Virus record (IMG/VR): IMGVR_UViG_3300008255_000217
Location: 1-41,760 of that record
Source of the DNA: a virus
Lineage: Duplodnaviria > Caudoviricetes
Length of the DNA: 41,760 nt
Strand: one strand, 5' to 3'
Under the pieces are notes generated by a model, which was not told where the DNA came from, did no database searches, and was given only the letters and a program-made list of their open reading frames with translations. Position 1 is the stretch's first letter. Each line of letters opens with the position of its first letter. The translations under genes and the position numbers were made by a program. Shown here piece after piece: positions 1-9,776 of this stretch.

Positions 1-21
1 CACATTCGGAGATTTTTTTCC

Positions 22-492
22 GTGACAGAGCAAAATTCACCAGCGGCGGGAGATGGAGTTCAAGAGCGCGATCTGTTTGGCGCTCCAGTGACCCAAGTGC
101 GCGAACGGTGGGGGCGTCCTTCGTTCAAGAAAACCCCGGAAAACCGGGAGTTTGTAGCGGCGCGCGTGGCAATGGGCTGGACGCAGAAGCGGATTTCCAT
201 CGCGATCGGTTGTGATGAGAAGACGCTGCGCAAGAATTTTTCCCGTGAGCTGGATCATGGCAGAGATATCGTGGAAGGCATGGCGATCGATGTTCTGATG
301 CACAAGATGCGCCAGGGCAACGGTCCGGCTATCACCAAAGTGCTCGAGCGCATCGACATGGCGGACCTGAAGACGAAGCCGGCAGCCCCGAAAAAGCCGG
401 AGCCACTGGGCAAGAAAGATCAGCTGCGGGCAGCCGCGCACGAGCCGATCGGGAGCTGGGCCGATACACTCAACACGGAAAAACTGAACTGA
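22..492 (+). CDS. terS: Terminase small subunit
   Basis: 156 aa, HTH-like segment (WTQKRISIAIGCDEKTLRKNF), directly upstream of terminase large subunit at genome end. Confidence 0.8.
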   Translation: MTEQNSPAAGDGVQERDLFGAPVTQVRERWGRPSFKKTPENREFVAARVAMGWTQKRISIAIGCDEKTLRKNFSRELDHGRDIVEGMAIDVLMHKMRQGNGPAITKVLERIDMADLKTKPAAPKKPEPLGKKDQLRAAAHEPIGSWADTLNTEKLN

Positions 493-493
493 G

Positions 494-2209
494 ATGACAG
501 CTTTAGCCTGTCCTGACTGGTTCGAACGGCTTCAGGCTGGCCTAACACCGATGCCGGATCTCGAGCTTGATGAGGAAGCCGCGGCAAGAGCTGTCAGGAT
601 CTTTGACAAGCTGCGGCTACCGGACGTGCCAGGAACGCCATCCATGGCGGAGGCGGCTGGCGACTGGAACCGTGATGTGATCAGGGCGATCTTCGGATCG
701 GTGCTGACCGATGTCGACGGCAAGATCACCGGACGGTCGATACGCAAATTTTTTGAGCTGGTGCCAAAGAAGAACGCCAAAACCACCAAAGGCGCTTCGA
801 TCATGCTGGTGGCACTTCTGCTTAACCGCAGGCCGCGCGCCGAATTCCTTCTGGTGGGGCCGACGCAGCAAACTGCGGAGCTCGCTTTCAGTCAGGCCGC
901 AGGTATGATCGAGGCTGATGATGAGGGGTTTCTGCTCAAGCGGTTTCAGATCCAGCAGCACAAGCTGACGATCGTCGATCGGACCAACGGTGCGAAGCTG
1001 AAGATCAAGACGTTCGACAACAAAGTGATGACCGGGGTCAAACCGGTTGGCGTTCTGATTGATGAGCTGCATGAACTTGGAAAGTTCTCCTATGCGGAGA
1101 AGGTTCTTACCCAGATCCGCGGTGGCATCATCGCCAACCCGGAAGGGTTCCTGGTCTACATCACCACCCAATCGGATGAGCCGCCAACGGGTGTGTTCAA
1201 GAGCGAACTGGAATATGCGCGGGATATCCGCGACGGCAAGGTCGAGGGTGACCTTCTGCCTGTGCTCTACGAGTTTCCAATCACAATGCAGGCGGCCAAG
1301 GATGAGCCGTGGCGCGACCCTTCCAACTGGCCGCTGGTGCTGCCAAATCTTGGACGTTCGATTACCATCGGAACCTTGATGAGTGAATTTCGCGAAGCCA
1401 ATGCGAAGGGCATCGAGGTTCTGTCTATCTGGGCGAGCCAGCATCTCAATATCGAGATCGGGATCGCGATGCACCGGGATCGTTGGGCTGGAACAAAATA
1501 CTGGCCGTCAGCGGTCGATCCGGAGCCGATCACGGTTGATGGCCTGATCTCGCGTTGTGATGTGGTCTGCGCCGGCGTCGACGGTGGCGGGCTCGATGAC
1601 CTTCTGGGGTTGGCGCTGGCGGGCCGGGACAAGGTGACGCGAGACTGGCTGTTCTGGTTTCATGCCTGGGCGCATCCGGATGTTCTAGAACGGCGCAAGG
1701 AAATTGCCGATCGGCTGCGGGCTTTCTCACGGGATGGCAATCTGACGATCTGCGATGAACCTACGCAAGACGTTGATGAAATTGCCGACCTGATGGAGCG
1801 GGTGCATGTGGCGGGGCTGTTTCCTGAGAAATACGGCATCGGCCTCGACCCTGTCGGCGTTGCGGCCATCACCGACGAAATTGCCAAACGGGGCATTGAT
1901 CCGGAAATCATGACAGCGGTCGGCCAAGGCTACCGGCTGTCGGGCACGATCAAGGGTTTCGAGCGGAAGCTCAAGGACGGGACGCTCTGGCATGACGGTT
2001 CCGATCTCATGACCTGGTGCGTCGGAAACGCGAAAGCCGAACTGAGAGGATCAGCACTGATGATCACCAAGGAAAAGTCCGGTACCGCAAAAATTGATCC
2101 GTTGATGGCGGGTTTCAACGCTTTTGCGCTTCTGGCGCGCAACCCGCAAGCGGCAGGTCACATGAACATTAATGATTTTCTCGGCGGCGCCGTGATGGCG
2201 ATGCGCTGA
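494..2209 (+). CDS. terL: Terminase large subunit
   Basis: Walker A-like VPKKNAKTT, Walker B VLIDELHE, nuclease motifs GVDGGGLDDL and KIDPLMA. Confidence 0.95.
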   Translation: MTALACPDWFERLQAGLTPMPDLELDEEAAARAVRIFDKLRLPDVPGTPSMAEAAGDWNRDVIRAIFGSVLTDVDGKITGRSIRKFFELVPKKNAKTTKGASIMLVALLLNRRPRAEFLLVGPTQQTAELAFSQAAGMIEADDEGFLLKRFQIQQHKLTIVDRTNGAKLKIKTFDNKVMTGVKPVGVLIDELHELGKFSYAEKVLTQIRGGIIANPEGFLVYITTQSDEPPTGVFKSELEYARDIRDGKVEGDLLPVLYEFPITMQAAKDEPWRDPSNWPLVLPNLGRSITIGTLMSEFREANAKGIEVLSIWASQHLNIEIGIAMHRDRWAGTKYWPSAVDPEPITVDGLISRCDVVCAGVDGGGLDDLLGLALAGRDKVTRDWLFWFHAWAHPDVLERRKEIADRLRAFSRDGNLTICDEPTQDVDEIADLMERVHVAGLFPEKYGIGLDPVGVAAITDEIAKRGIDPEIMTAVGQGYRLSGTIKGFERKLKDGTLWHDGSDLMTWCVGNAKAELRGSALMITKEKSGTAKIDPLMAGFNAFALLARNPQAAGHMNINDFLGGAVMAMR

Positions 2210-2210
2210 C

Positions 2211-3542
2211 ATGGGTATGTTTATCAAGGCGGTTGCCGCCCCTTTCAAGCTATTCAACGCGGTTTCGGATGAGATCGCAAAAAGCCGGCGGCTTTCATTG
2301 GTAAACGGGCCGGGATGGGCGGCGTTTGGCGGGCGCGAAAGCAACGCCGGCAAGCGGGTCAACATGGATACTGTGTTGCAGCTGTCGACTGCCTGGGCTT
2401 GCATCAAACTCAACGCGCAGGCGGTTTCGTCGCTGCCTGGCGCGATCTATGAAAAGCGATCTGACGACAGCCGGGTCAAGGTTGATGATGATGATGTCGG
2501 GCAGGTGATCTTCGACAGCCCGAACCAAGACCAGACTCCGCTCGAATACTGGGAGGGCACCGTTGCCTGGCTGATGACCAGCGGAAATGCCTACTCGGAA
2601 AAGGTGACGATCGGAAAGCGCCTGGTTGCACTCGATCCGATCATGAGCACGCATTGCAGGCCGGTTCGCAAGAGTGACGGAACTCTGGTCTATGAAATCC
2701 ACGACCGGGGGAAAACCGAGACGCTGCCGCGGGACAAGGTGTTTCACCTCAAAGGATTCGGCCAAGGGCTCAAGAGTGATGACGAAGGCATGTCGCCTAT
2801 CGCTGCCGGTGTGCATTCGCTGGGTGCGGCCATGGCCGCCCGTGACGCGGCGGCGACGACATTTGCAAATGGCATGCGGCCGACCGGCTTTTTCCTTTTC
2901 GATCAGGTTCTCGACAAGCCCCAGCGCGAGCAAGCGCACAATGCGCTTGTCAAACCATTGCAAGGATCGAGCCAGTCCGGTGGTGTCGGCATTCTCGAGG
3001 CCGGGGTCAAGTGGCAAGGCGTCAGCCTCAATCCTGAAGATGCGCAGATGCTTGAGACACGGCGCTTCGATGTCGAGGAAATCTGCCGCTGGTTCGGTGT
3101 TCCGCCGATCATCATCGGCCATGCCGGCGAAGGGCAGACCATGTGGGGGTCGGGTGTTGAGGCCATCCTGATCGCATGGCTGACGCTGGGTATTGACCCG
3201 ATCTGTGACCGGATCGAAGCACGGATTCGAAAGCAGTTGATCGCGCCCTATTCCAAGCCGCGCCGCTATGCGGAATTCAACCGCGAGGCCTTGCTGCAGA
3301 TGGATTCGGCGGCAAAGGCCGGGTTCCTTTCAACGATGGTGCAGAACGGACTTATGACCCGCAGCGAAGGCCGCGCCAAGCTCAACCTTCCGAAGATGGA
3401 AGGGGCTGACCAACTTACTGCGCAGACGAACCTTGCTCCACTGGATTCGCTTGGCGCGGACGGTCCAGGAATGCAGGCGCGGGCAGCGCTTGCGGCGTGG
3501 CTGGGGATCAATCAGGAAGGCAAAAAAGATGACCAAGCGTAG
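2211..3542 (+). CDS. HK97-family portal protein
   Basis: Motifs VFHLKGF, GMSPI, ILEAGVKWQ, DAQMLETRRF, EICRWFGVPP; position after terL. Confidence 0.95.
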   Translation: MGMFIKAVAAPFKLFNAVSDEIAKSRRLSLVNGPGWAAFGGRESNAGKRVNMDTVLQLSTAWACIKLNAQAVSSLPGAIYEKRSDDSRVKVDDDDVGQVIFDSPNQDQTPLEYWEGTVAWLMTSGNAYSEKVTIGKRLVALDPIMSTHCRPVRKSDGTLVYEIHDRGKTETLPRDKVFHLKGFGQGLKSDDEGMSPIAAGVHSLGAAMAARDAAATTFANGMRPTGFFLFDQVLDKPQREQAHNALVKPLQGSSQSGGVGILEAGVKWQGVSLNPEDAQMLETRRFDVEEICRWFGVPPIIIGHAGEGQTMWGSGVEAILIAWLTLGIDPICDRIEARIRKQLIAPYSKPRRYAEFNREALLQMDSAAKAGFLSTMVQNGLMTRSEGRAKLNLPKMEGADQLTAQTNLAPLDSLGADGPGMQARAALAAWLGINQEGKKDDQA

Positions 3543-4392
3543 ACTTCCGATGGCGGACATTGCAACCAAGCCGGGCTTGCGAACCGTAACGTCGCCCTCA
3601 TCGCTTGACCGGTGGAACCCCGGCGTCAAGGCGGCGGCGGAGCAGGATGGGGATGCGACAATTTCCATCCTCGATGTGATTGGCGCCGACTTCTGGGGTG
3701 AGGGCGTCACCTCCAAACGGGTGGCGGGTGCGCTTCGTGCGATCGGTGAGCGTGATGTGACGGTTTCGCTCAATTCGCCCGGCGGGGATTATTTCGAGGG
3801 GTTGGCGATCTACAACATGCTGCGCGATCACCCTGCCAAGGTGACTGTCAAGATCCTCGGGATCGCCGCTTCGGCGGCCTCGGTGATAGCCATGGCAGGC
3901 GACGAGATCCAGATTGCCCGGGCCGGGTTCCTGATGATCCATAACACCTGGGTCGTGGCAATGGGCGACCGCAACCAGTTGCGGGAGGTTGCAGATTGGC
4001 TCGAGCCGTTCGATCTGGCGGCGGTTGATATCTATTCCGCGCGCACCGGCATTTCCGCGGATGAACTGACGAAGATGCTTGATCGCGAAACCTGGATCGG
4101 TGGCAGCGCGGCTGTTGATCAGGGGTTCGCTGATGCTCTCCTCGACGCCGATGAGATATCGGCAGGGGCAAAGAACTCAGCGGGGAAAATTCACCCGGTT
4201 TCGGCCTGGCACAAGGTCGAAGCGCTGCTGGCGCAGGCAGGGTCGACCACGAGATCGGAGCGCCGGGAACTACTGGCCGCACTGAAAGGGGGCATGCCTG
4301 GCGCTGCCTCAACCGGCATGCAGGACGCTGCCGTCATCACCGAAGTTGAAAACCTATTGTCTGATATCCGGGCGATACGCGCCGGAGTCTGA
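3529..4392 (+). CDS. ClpP-like prohead maturation protease
   Basis: LNSPGGD, GIAASAASVIAMAGD, FLMIHN motifs; ATG 3529 preferred over the TTG 3433 of the ORF track. Confidence 0.92.
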   Translation: MTKRRLPMADIATKPGLRTVTSPSSLDRWNPGVKAAAEQDGDATISILDVIGADFWGEGVTSKRVAGALRAIGERDVTVSLNSPGGDYFEGLAIYNMLRDHPAKVTVKILGIAASAASVIAMAGDEIQIARAGFLMIHNTWVVAMGDRNQLREVADWLEPFDLAAVDIYSARTGISADELTKMLDRETWIGGSAAVDQGFADALLDADEISAGAKNSAGKIHPVSAWHKVEALLAQAGSTTRSERRELLAALKGGMPGAASTGMQDAAVITEVENLLSDIRAIRAGV

Positions 4393-4403
4393 AAGGAAAG
4401 CAC

Positions 4404-5729
4404 ATGTTGAAGAAAATGATGATGCCAGCGGTCTCGCTGGCCCTGCTCGCGGCTGCGCGTCCGGGCGCCGTTCTTGGCTCCGTTCGCGCCGAGGCCGACG
4501 CCGGCAAGCTGGAATCGCTTCTCAAGGACGTGAAGTCGGAAATGACCCGCGTCGGTGACGAGGTGAAGCGGACAGCCGAAGACGCCCTGAAACAATCCAA
4601 GGATGCTGGCAAGGCTTCCGAAGAGGTGAAGGCAAGGGCTGACGAGCTTCTGATGAGCCAGAAGAAGCTCGCCGACGCCCACGAGAAGATTGAGAACAAG
4701 CTCGAAGCTCTCGAAACCCGCAACCGCGATCTTGAGCAGCAGGTGGTCTCCGGCTCTCGTAATGGTGCCGAGCCGGTCAAGTCGTTTGGCGATCGCGCTG
4801 CAAATGATGAGGCGATGCGGGCCTATGCCGCCGGCGGCTCGCGTGGCACGGTCAGGATCTCGCTGCCGGTCAAGCAGGCGATCACCTCGGTCAGCCCCGG
4901 TGGTGGTGGCCTGATCTGGTCGGATCGCGAAACCGAAATCGTCGGACTGCCGCAGCGCACGATGACGATCCGCAACCTGCTGACCCAGGGCCGCACGTCC
5001 TCCAACAGCATCGAATATGCAAAACAGACCGTGCGGACCAACAATGCCGGTATGGTCTCGGAAGGCGTGCAAAAGCCTGAGTCCGATTACAAGTGGGAAC
5101 AGGCTGACGCGAATGTCCGCACGATCGCGCACTGGGTTCATGTCAGCCGCCAAGCGATGGAAGATGCCGATCAGCTGCAGACCGAAATCGACAGCGAGCT
5201 TCGCTACGGCCTGATGCTGAAGGAAGAAAGCCAGTTGCTCAATGGTGACGGCACCGGGGTCAATCTCTCGGGTCTGGCCACTGAAGCGACCGCCTATTCT
5301 GCGCCGTTCTCCGTCACCGGCGAGACCATGATCGACACCCTGCGGCTGGCTCTTCTCCAGGCATCGCTTGCGGAATACCCTGCCGATGGCATCGTGCTGC
5401 ATCCGACCGACTGGGCGCGTATCGAGCTGACCAAGGATGGCGAGTTCCGCTACATCTTCGCCAATGTCATCCAGATGTCGGGTCCGCAGCTCTGGGGTCG
5501 CCCGGTCGTTGCCACGCAGTCGATGACGGAAGATGATTTCCTTGTCGGTGCCTTCCGGGCAGCGGCCACGATATATGACCGGATGGATCCGGAAGTGGTG
5601 GCATCGTCTGAAGATCGCGACAACTTCATCAAGAACATGATCACCGTACGGGCCGAAGAGCGCCTGGCACTGGCGGTCAAGCGTCCGGCGGCGCTTGTTC
5701 TCGGTGATTTCGGCAACGTGTCCGGCTGA
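4404..5729 (+). CDS. HK97-fold major capsid protein with coiled-coil delta domain
   Basis: EGVQKPES, TIAHWVHVSRQAMED, LWGRPVV, RAEERLALAVKRPAA; RBS GAAAGGAAAG. Confidence 0.95.
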   Translation: MLKKMMMPAVSLALLAAARPGAVLGSVRAEADAGKLESLLKDVKSEMTRVGDEVKRTAEDALKQSKDAGKASEEVKARADELLMSQKKLADAHEKIENKLEALETRNRDLEQQVVSGSRNGAEPVKSFGDRAANDEAMRAYAAGGSRGTVRISLPVKQAITSVSPGGGGLIWSDRETEIVGLPQRTMTIRNLLTQGRTSSNSIEYAKQTVRTNNAGMVSEGVQKPESDYKWEQADANVRTIAHWVHVSRQAMEDADQLQTEIDSELRYGLMLKEESQLLNGDGTGVNLSGLATEATAYSAPFSVTGETMIDTLRLALLQASLAEYPADGIVLHPTDWARIELTKDGEFRYIFANVIQMSGPQLWGRPVVATQSMTEDDFLVGAFRAAATIYDRMDPEVVASSEDRDNFIKNMITVRAEERLALAVKRPAALVLGDFGNVSG

Positions 5730-5793
5730 TCCTGATTGGCTCATTACGTCGGGCGGTATTGGCCGCCCGATTCATGAACCAATGGAGTTTCAG

Positions 5794-6021
5794 ATGAAGA
5801 TCAAGGCATTGAGAACATTGACCGGAGACTATGGCACGGTCCGCCGCGGCGCTGTCGCCGAGCTGGCTGACGGCGTTGCAGAGCGTCTCGCCAAGCGGGG
5901 ATTGGTGAAACCTGTGTCGAAGGCCACGAAGGCAAAACAGGGGGCTGCCGGGACGGCATCGGCAAACCCTTCGAAAGCCCAAGTTGGTGGCCAGACTGGG
6001 AAGGGCAGACAGTCGTCATAG
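5794..6021 (+). CDS. Small basic post-capsid protein (putative head-associated)
   Basis: ATG 5794 after GGAG; MKIKALRTLTGDYG...; position typical of small HK97-like head genes. Confidence 0.65.
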   Translation: MKIKALRTLTGDYGTVRRGAVAELADGVAERLAKRGLVKPVSKATKAKQGAAGTASANPSKAQVGGQTGKGRQSS

Positions 6022-6590
6022 TCGCAGGCGGCCCTACTGCGACCGACGCTGATCTGGATTTGTGCGAGGGCAAGGCGCGGGTCATCACCGTCAACAATTC
6101 GTTCAAACTCTATCCCGATGCCGACATCCTTTATGCCTGCGATTATGCCTGGTGGGAGCACCACAAGGGGGCGCCCGACTTCAGCGGGCTGAAGCTGTCG
6201 ATCGACTGCAAGGCGGTATCCCGTCCCTGGGGGGTCCGCCAAGTGGGCATCAACAAGAAAGACGACCGGCTAGAATTGGTGCGGCGGGGCACGGTGGGCT
6301 GGGCCGGAAATGGTGGCTTTCACGCCTTGAACCTCGCTGTGCAGATGCATCCCGGAAAGATCGTGCTCGTCGGGTTCGACATGCGGATTGATCATGGTCT
6401 GCATTGGCACGGGGCGCATCCCTCGGGAATGAACAATCCTTCGCGCCGGAATGTGGAACGCTGGCGCCGCTGCATCGATGATGCCGCTGCGGTGATCTCG
6501 CGACTGGGAATATCCGTCATCAACGCAAGTCCGATATCGGCCTTGCAGGAGTATGAGAAAATGACCTTCGAAGAGGCGTTGTCATGTTGA
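5964..6590 (+). CDS. Maf/DUF115- or sialyltransferase-like (GT-A variant) protein, probably entered by -1 frameshift
   Basis: Frame open upstream of the TTG at 6060 and reads WWPDWEGQTVVIVAGGPT, then ITVNNS, GNGGFHALNLA, IVLVGFDM, HWHG, VINAS. Confidence 0.6.
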   Translation, partial: KPFESPSWWPDWEGQTVVIVAGGPTATDADLDLCEGKARVITVNNSFKLYPDADILYACDYAWWEHHKGAPDFSGLKLSIDCKAVSRPWGVRQVGINKKDDRLELVRRGTVGWAGNGGFHALNLAVQMHPGKIVLVGFDMRIDHGLHWHGAHPSGMNNPSRRNVERWRRCIDDAAAVISRLGISVINASPISALQEYEKMTFEEALSC

Positions 6591-7159
6591 TCCGGCTCTC
6601 TCAGCCCAGTGCCATGGCTTTGCCACTGGACGCTGCCAAGGCGCATCTGCGCCTCGATAGTGATGATGCCGATTCCGATGCCTTGATCACACGACTGATC
6701 AAGGCGGAAACCCGGCGTTACGAGGACTTCACCGGACGGATTATGTCCACCACTGACTTCCGCATGACTTGCCAATCGTGGTCTGATCCTTTGGTCATCC
6801 CGGCCGCGCCAGTGCGTAGTGTCACTGCAGTCAAGTATTCTGATGCTGACCATGCTCTGCAGACGGTCGATCCCTCGGACTGGGCTTTTGTATCAACGTC
6901 ATCGGGTGGAGAGATTTGGTTCGAATCCGGCTTTTCGCTGCCGACCCTTTCGACGCGGCCTGATCCGGTGTGGGTCGAATTTCAGGCCGGATATGACGAT
7001 CCTGATGCTTCGGGATCTGGTGATGATCCGGAGTTGGAGGCGGTTGAGGCGGACCAGAGGACGATCAGCATGATGGTGGCCAGGATCCACGATCATGATA
7101 TGGCGATACCGGACGATGAGCTTCGCAGAATCGCCGGCACAAGGAGGATCTTGCGATGA
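6584..7159 (+). CDS. Head-tail connector (HK97 gp6/SPP1 gp15-like)
   Basis: LDAAKAHLRLD...DALITRLIKA, PVRSVTAVKY, VEFQAGY. Confidence 0.88.
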   Translation: MLIRLSQPSAMALPLDAAKAHLRLDSDDADSDALITRLIKAETRRYEDFTGRIMSTTDFRMTCQSWSDPLVIPAAPVRSVTAVKYSDADHALQTVDPSDWAFVSTSSGGEIWFESGFSLPTLSTRPDPVWVEFQAGYDDPDASGSGDDPELEAVEADQRTISMMVARIHDHDMAIPDDELRRIAGTRRILR

Positions 7160-7680
7160 TCGGCCTGGGGACTTTCGTCCATCCGCTGGCGTGTCTTGAT
7201 GACAGCTGCCTGGTCGGGGAGAGGGTTCGGATCTATCAGTTTTCCAGCGTCATCCGCGGAGCCTGTATCGGGGATGAGACGGTTATTGCTGCGGGTGCAT
7301 GTGTCGACGGCACCATTGTTGGAAAGCGCTGCATCGTTTCGCCCGGCGTGGATATGGGGCCGGGTTTCGAGATCGGTGACGATGTCTTTCTCGGTCCGCA
7401 TGTGGTGCTTTGCAATGACTATTGGCCACGCACACACAAGAGCGGATTTGACTATGACGCTCTGCGCCGGGGTGACGTTGTTTGCATCCGCATCAGCAAC
7501 GGCGCGTCGATTGGAGCTGGCGCGAAGATAATGCCGGGGCTGACGATCGGCGAAGGTGCGATGATCGCCGCGAATTCGGTGGTGACGGGCGATGTGCCGG
7601 CAAACTGCATCTGGCGTCATGGCGGTGAGATCCGTGCCATACGTGACGAAGACCGGATAGTGCGGGTGCGGCCGTGCTGA
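7156..7680 (+). CDS. Hexapeptide-repeat (left-handed beta-helix) acyltransferase
   Basis: Repeated IG/VG hexads, IGDDVFLGPHVVLCND, IGEGAMIAANSVVTGDVPAN, like sugar N/O-acetyltransferases. Confidence 0.88.
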   Translation: MIGLGTFVHPLACLDDSCLVGERVRIYQFSSVIRGACIGDETVIAAGACVDGTIVGKRCIVSPGVDMGPGFEIGDDVFLGPHVVLCNDYWPRTHKSGFDYDALRRGDVVCIRISNGASIGAGAKIMPGLTIGEGAMIAANSVVTGDVPANCIWRHGGEIRAIRDEDRIVRVRPC

Positions 7681-8288
7681 CCGTCGCCACGCTGTTCTGG
7701 CGGGCGAATCAGGCATCAAGGGACTTTTCCCGGTGCTATGATGAGGTCTGGGTTGAAAAACTCTACCGAGGCTTTGCGCGGCACCTGTCGGCTCCGTTTC
7801 GTTTCGTCTGTTATGTCGACCGGGACTATGAGTTTTGCGAGCCGATCGAGCAACGGCGGATATCAGCGCAAGTTCCCGATTATTCGACCTGCATCGAACC
7901 ATATGAACTCGGTGTTCCGATGATCCTGTGCGGCCTGGATACAATGATCACCGGCAATATAGACGGACTTGCCGAGTATTGCATGACGGCCACCCGGCTG
8001 GCGCTGCCTCGGGATCCTTACAACAAGCGTCAGGCCTGCAATGGTGTGGCGCTCATCCCTTCCGGTTATGAACGGGTAGCGACAACGCATTCCGGTGAAA
8101 ACGATATGGTGTGGGTGCGCGGGTTTGACCATGTGTTTATCGATGATCTTTTCCCTGGCCAAGTCGAAAGCTACAAGGGGTCGATCATGCGGCAGGGGCT
8201 TGGTGATGCGAGGATCGTCTATTTCCACGGCCACAAAAAGCCACATCAGCTTTTTCACAAAAGACTGGTTCAGGAGCACTGGATCTGA
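7674..8288 (+). CDS. Putative GT-A glycosyltransferase (GT8-like)
   Basis: VEKLYRGFARHLSAPFRFVCYVD, degenerate DxD (GLDTMITGNID), C-terminal IVYFHGHKKPH. Confidence 0.72.
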   Translation: MLTVATLFWRANQASRDFSRCYDEVWVEKLYRGFARHLSAPFRFVCYVDRDYEFCEPIEQRRISAQVPDYSTCIEPYELGVPMILCGLDTMITGNIDGLAEYCMTATRLALPRDPYNKRQACNGVALIPSGYERVATTHSGENDMVWVRGFDHVFIDDLFPGQVESYKGSIMRQGLGDARIVYFHGHKKPHQLFHKRLVQEHWI

Positions 8289-8659
8289 TGGCGTATTACC
8301 AAAGCGGCAGCAAGAGCAGGCCACGCGGAGCAGGCCAGTTTGATAAGAGGGTTGTCTTCGACAGCCCTTCGGCTTCCAGCGATGGTGCCGGTGGTACGAC
8401 TTCGGGGTGGAGCGAGGAGTTTTCAGTTCGCGCCTCCTATCGGCGATTGAGAGGTGGCGAGACGGTTCTGGCGGCGCGGCTGAGCGGAGTCCAACCGACC
8501 ATCATCACGGTGCGAGCTTCCAGTCAGACGAAGAGGATTGCGCCAAGCTGGCGCGGCCGCGATGCCGGTACCGGCGAAGTCTTCAATATCCGGGCGATCG
8601 TTCGCACTGATGACCGGGCCTATCTAGAAATCACGGTTGAAAGCGGGGTTGCGGTCTGA
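8288..8659 (+). CDS. Head closure / head-tail adaptor (SPP1 gp16-like)
   Basis: AGQFDKRVVF, DGAGG, GGETVLAARLSG, FNIRAI. Confidence 0.88.
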   Translation: MAYYQSGSKSRPRGAGQFDKRVVFDSPSASSDGAGGTTSGWSEEFSVRASYRRLRGGETVLAARLSGVQPTIITVRASSQTKRIAPSWRGRDAGTGEVFNIRAIVRTDDRAYLEITVESGVAV

Positions 8660-8865
8660 TGGCATGGGTTCGGTTTTGCAAGGATTTCAACTTTTCGCCG
8701 AAGGTTTTCGGCGGGCGTGTGACGACGGCTTACCAGGCTGGGTCGGTCATGAATGTGACAACCGAATGCGCCAGGTCCGCCAAGGCATCCGGGGCGGCTG
8801 TGGCTGCCAAGTCGCCGCGGGCTAACGCCTCCGAGAAAGCCGGGTCGGATGAAGATCGAGCGTAA
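8659..8865 (+). CDS. Small hypothetical neck-region protein
   Basis: 68 aa, coupled by TGATG to upstream gene. Confidence 0.6.
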   Translation: MAWVRFCKDFNFSPKVFGGRVTTAYQAGSVMNVTTECARSAKASGAAVAAKSPRANASEKAGSDEDRA

Positions 8866-9352
8866 GCAGAAGCTACTGGCCAAGATGCGGGCGCTGCCGG
8901 CTGCTGTCCGCCAGGAGATAAACAAGGCGCTGCGGGTTGGCGCCGAGGAAATGAGCGACACCGCCCGGGCTTTCGCGCCGATGGGTGAGACAGGGGCTTT
9001 GAAGGCCTCCATCGGCTACACGTTCGGGGAGTACAAGTCGGACAACGCAAATGTACGCGGTGTCGGCGCCGGTGGCGGGGTTGGCGATCCAGACCTTTCG
9101 GTGGCCATTCATGCAGGCGATGCAAGGGCCTGGTATGCGAGGTTGGTCGAATTCGGCACAAGGGCGCATGCGATCAAGGCCAAGGAAAAGCGGTTGAGCG
9201 ACGGCAGCCAGTTTTATGGCACCGAGGTGCGCCATCCGGGAACCGGCGGCCAGCCGTTCTTTTTTCCGGCTTACAGGCTGACCAAGAAACGCATGAGATC
9301 GCGCCTGCAAAGAGCAACGAACAGCGCTGCGAAAAAGGTGGCAGCACGATGA
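8849..9352 (+). CDS. HK97 gp10-family neck protein
   Basis: TGALKASI, YARLVEFGT, QPFFFPA. Confidence 0.9.
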   Translation: MKIERKQKLLAKMRALPAAVRQEINKALRVGAEEMSDTARAFAPMGETGALKASIGYTFGEYKSDNANVRGVGAGGGVGDPDLSVAIHAGDARAWYARLVEFGTRAHAIKAKEKRLSDGSQFYGTEVRHPGTGGQPFFFPAYRLTKKRMRSRLQRATNSAAKKVAAR

Positions 9353-9738
9353 TCGCGGATGAACTGCAGAAGGCAATTTTTTCGGCGTTGACGTCGGCTT
9401 CGGTCTGCTCGGGTAGGGTCTATGACCAGGTGCCTGAAAGCGCAACGTATCCCTATGTGACGATCGGTGATGAGAACGTCAGGGATGACGGAAACCAGTG
9501 TGCCGATGGCTGGGAGATATTCTTTGATGTTCACGTCTGGTCGCGGCCTGAGAGGGCGAGCAAGGTCGAGCTCAAGCAGGCTTCAGCTGCGGTCAGGAAT
9601 GCGATTGTTTCGATCTCCAGCCTGACAGGATTTTCGCTCGTGTCGATGGAGCATCAGGCGACTCTTTCTCGCAGGGAAAGTGACGGGTTGACCGAGCACG
9701 CTGCGATGACATTCCGGGCGATCATCGACCCGGCCTAG
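9349..9738 (+). CDS. Tail terminator/completion protein (DUF3168-like)
   Basis: LQKAIFSAL, RVYDQVP, YPYVTIG, VHVWSR. Confidence 0.88.
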   Translation: MIADELQKAIFSALTSASVCSGRVYDQVPESATYPYVTIGDENVRDDGNQCADGWEIFFDVHVWSRPERASKVELKQASAAVRNAIVSISSLTGFSLVSMEHQATLSRRESDGLTEHAAMTFRAIIDPA

Positions 9739-9776
9739 ACCTTTTACGGGTCAATCTGCAACCACGGAGAAATCTC

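Noticed and set aside
4404-4500. Signal-peptide-like N-terminus of the capsid protein
   Set aside because: Lies in the delta/scaffold region expected to be removed by the prohead protease; no support for secretion
4191-5744. 517-aa minus-strand ORF
   Set aside because: Antisense shadow of the major capsid gene
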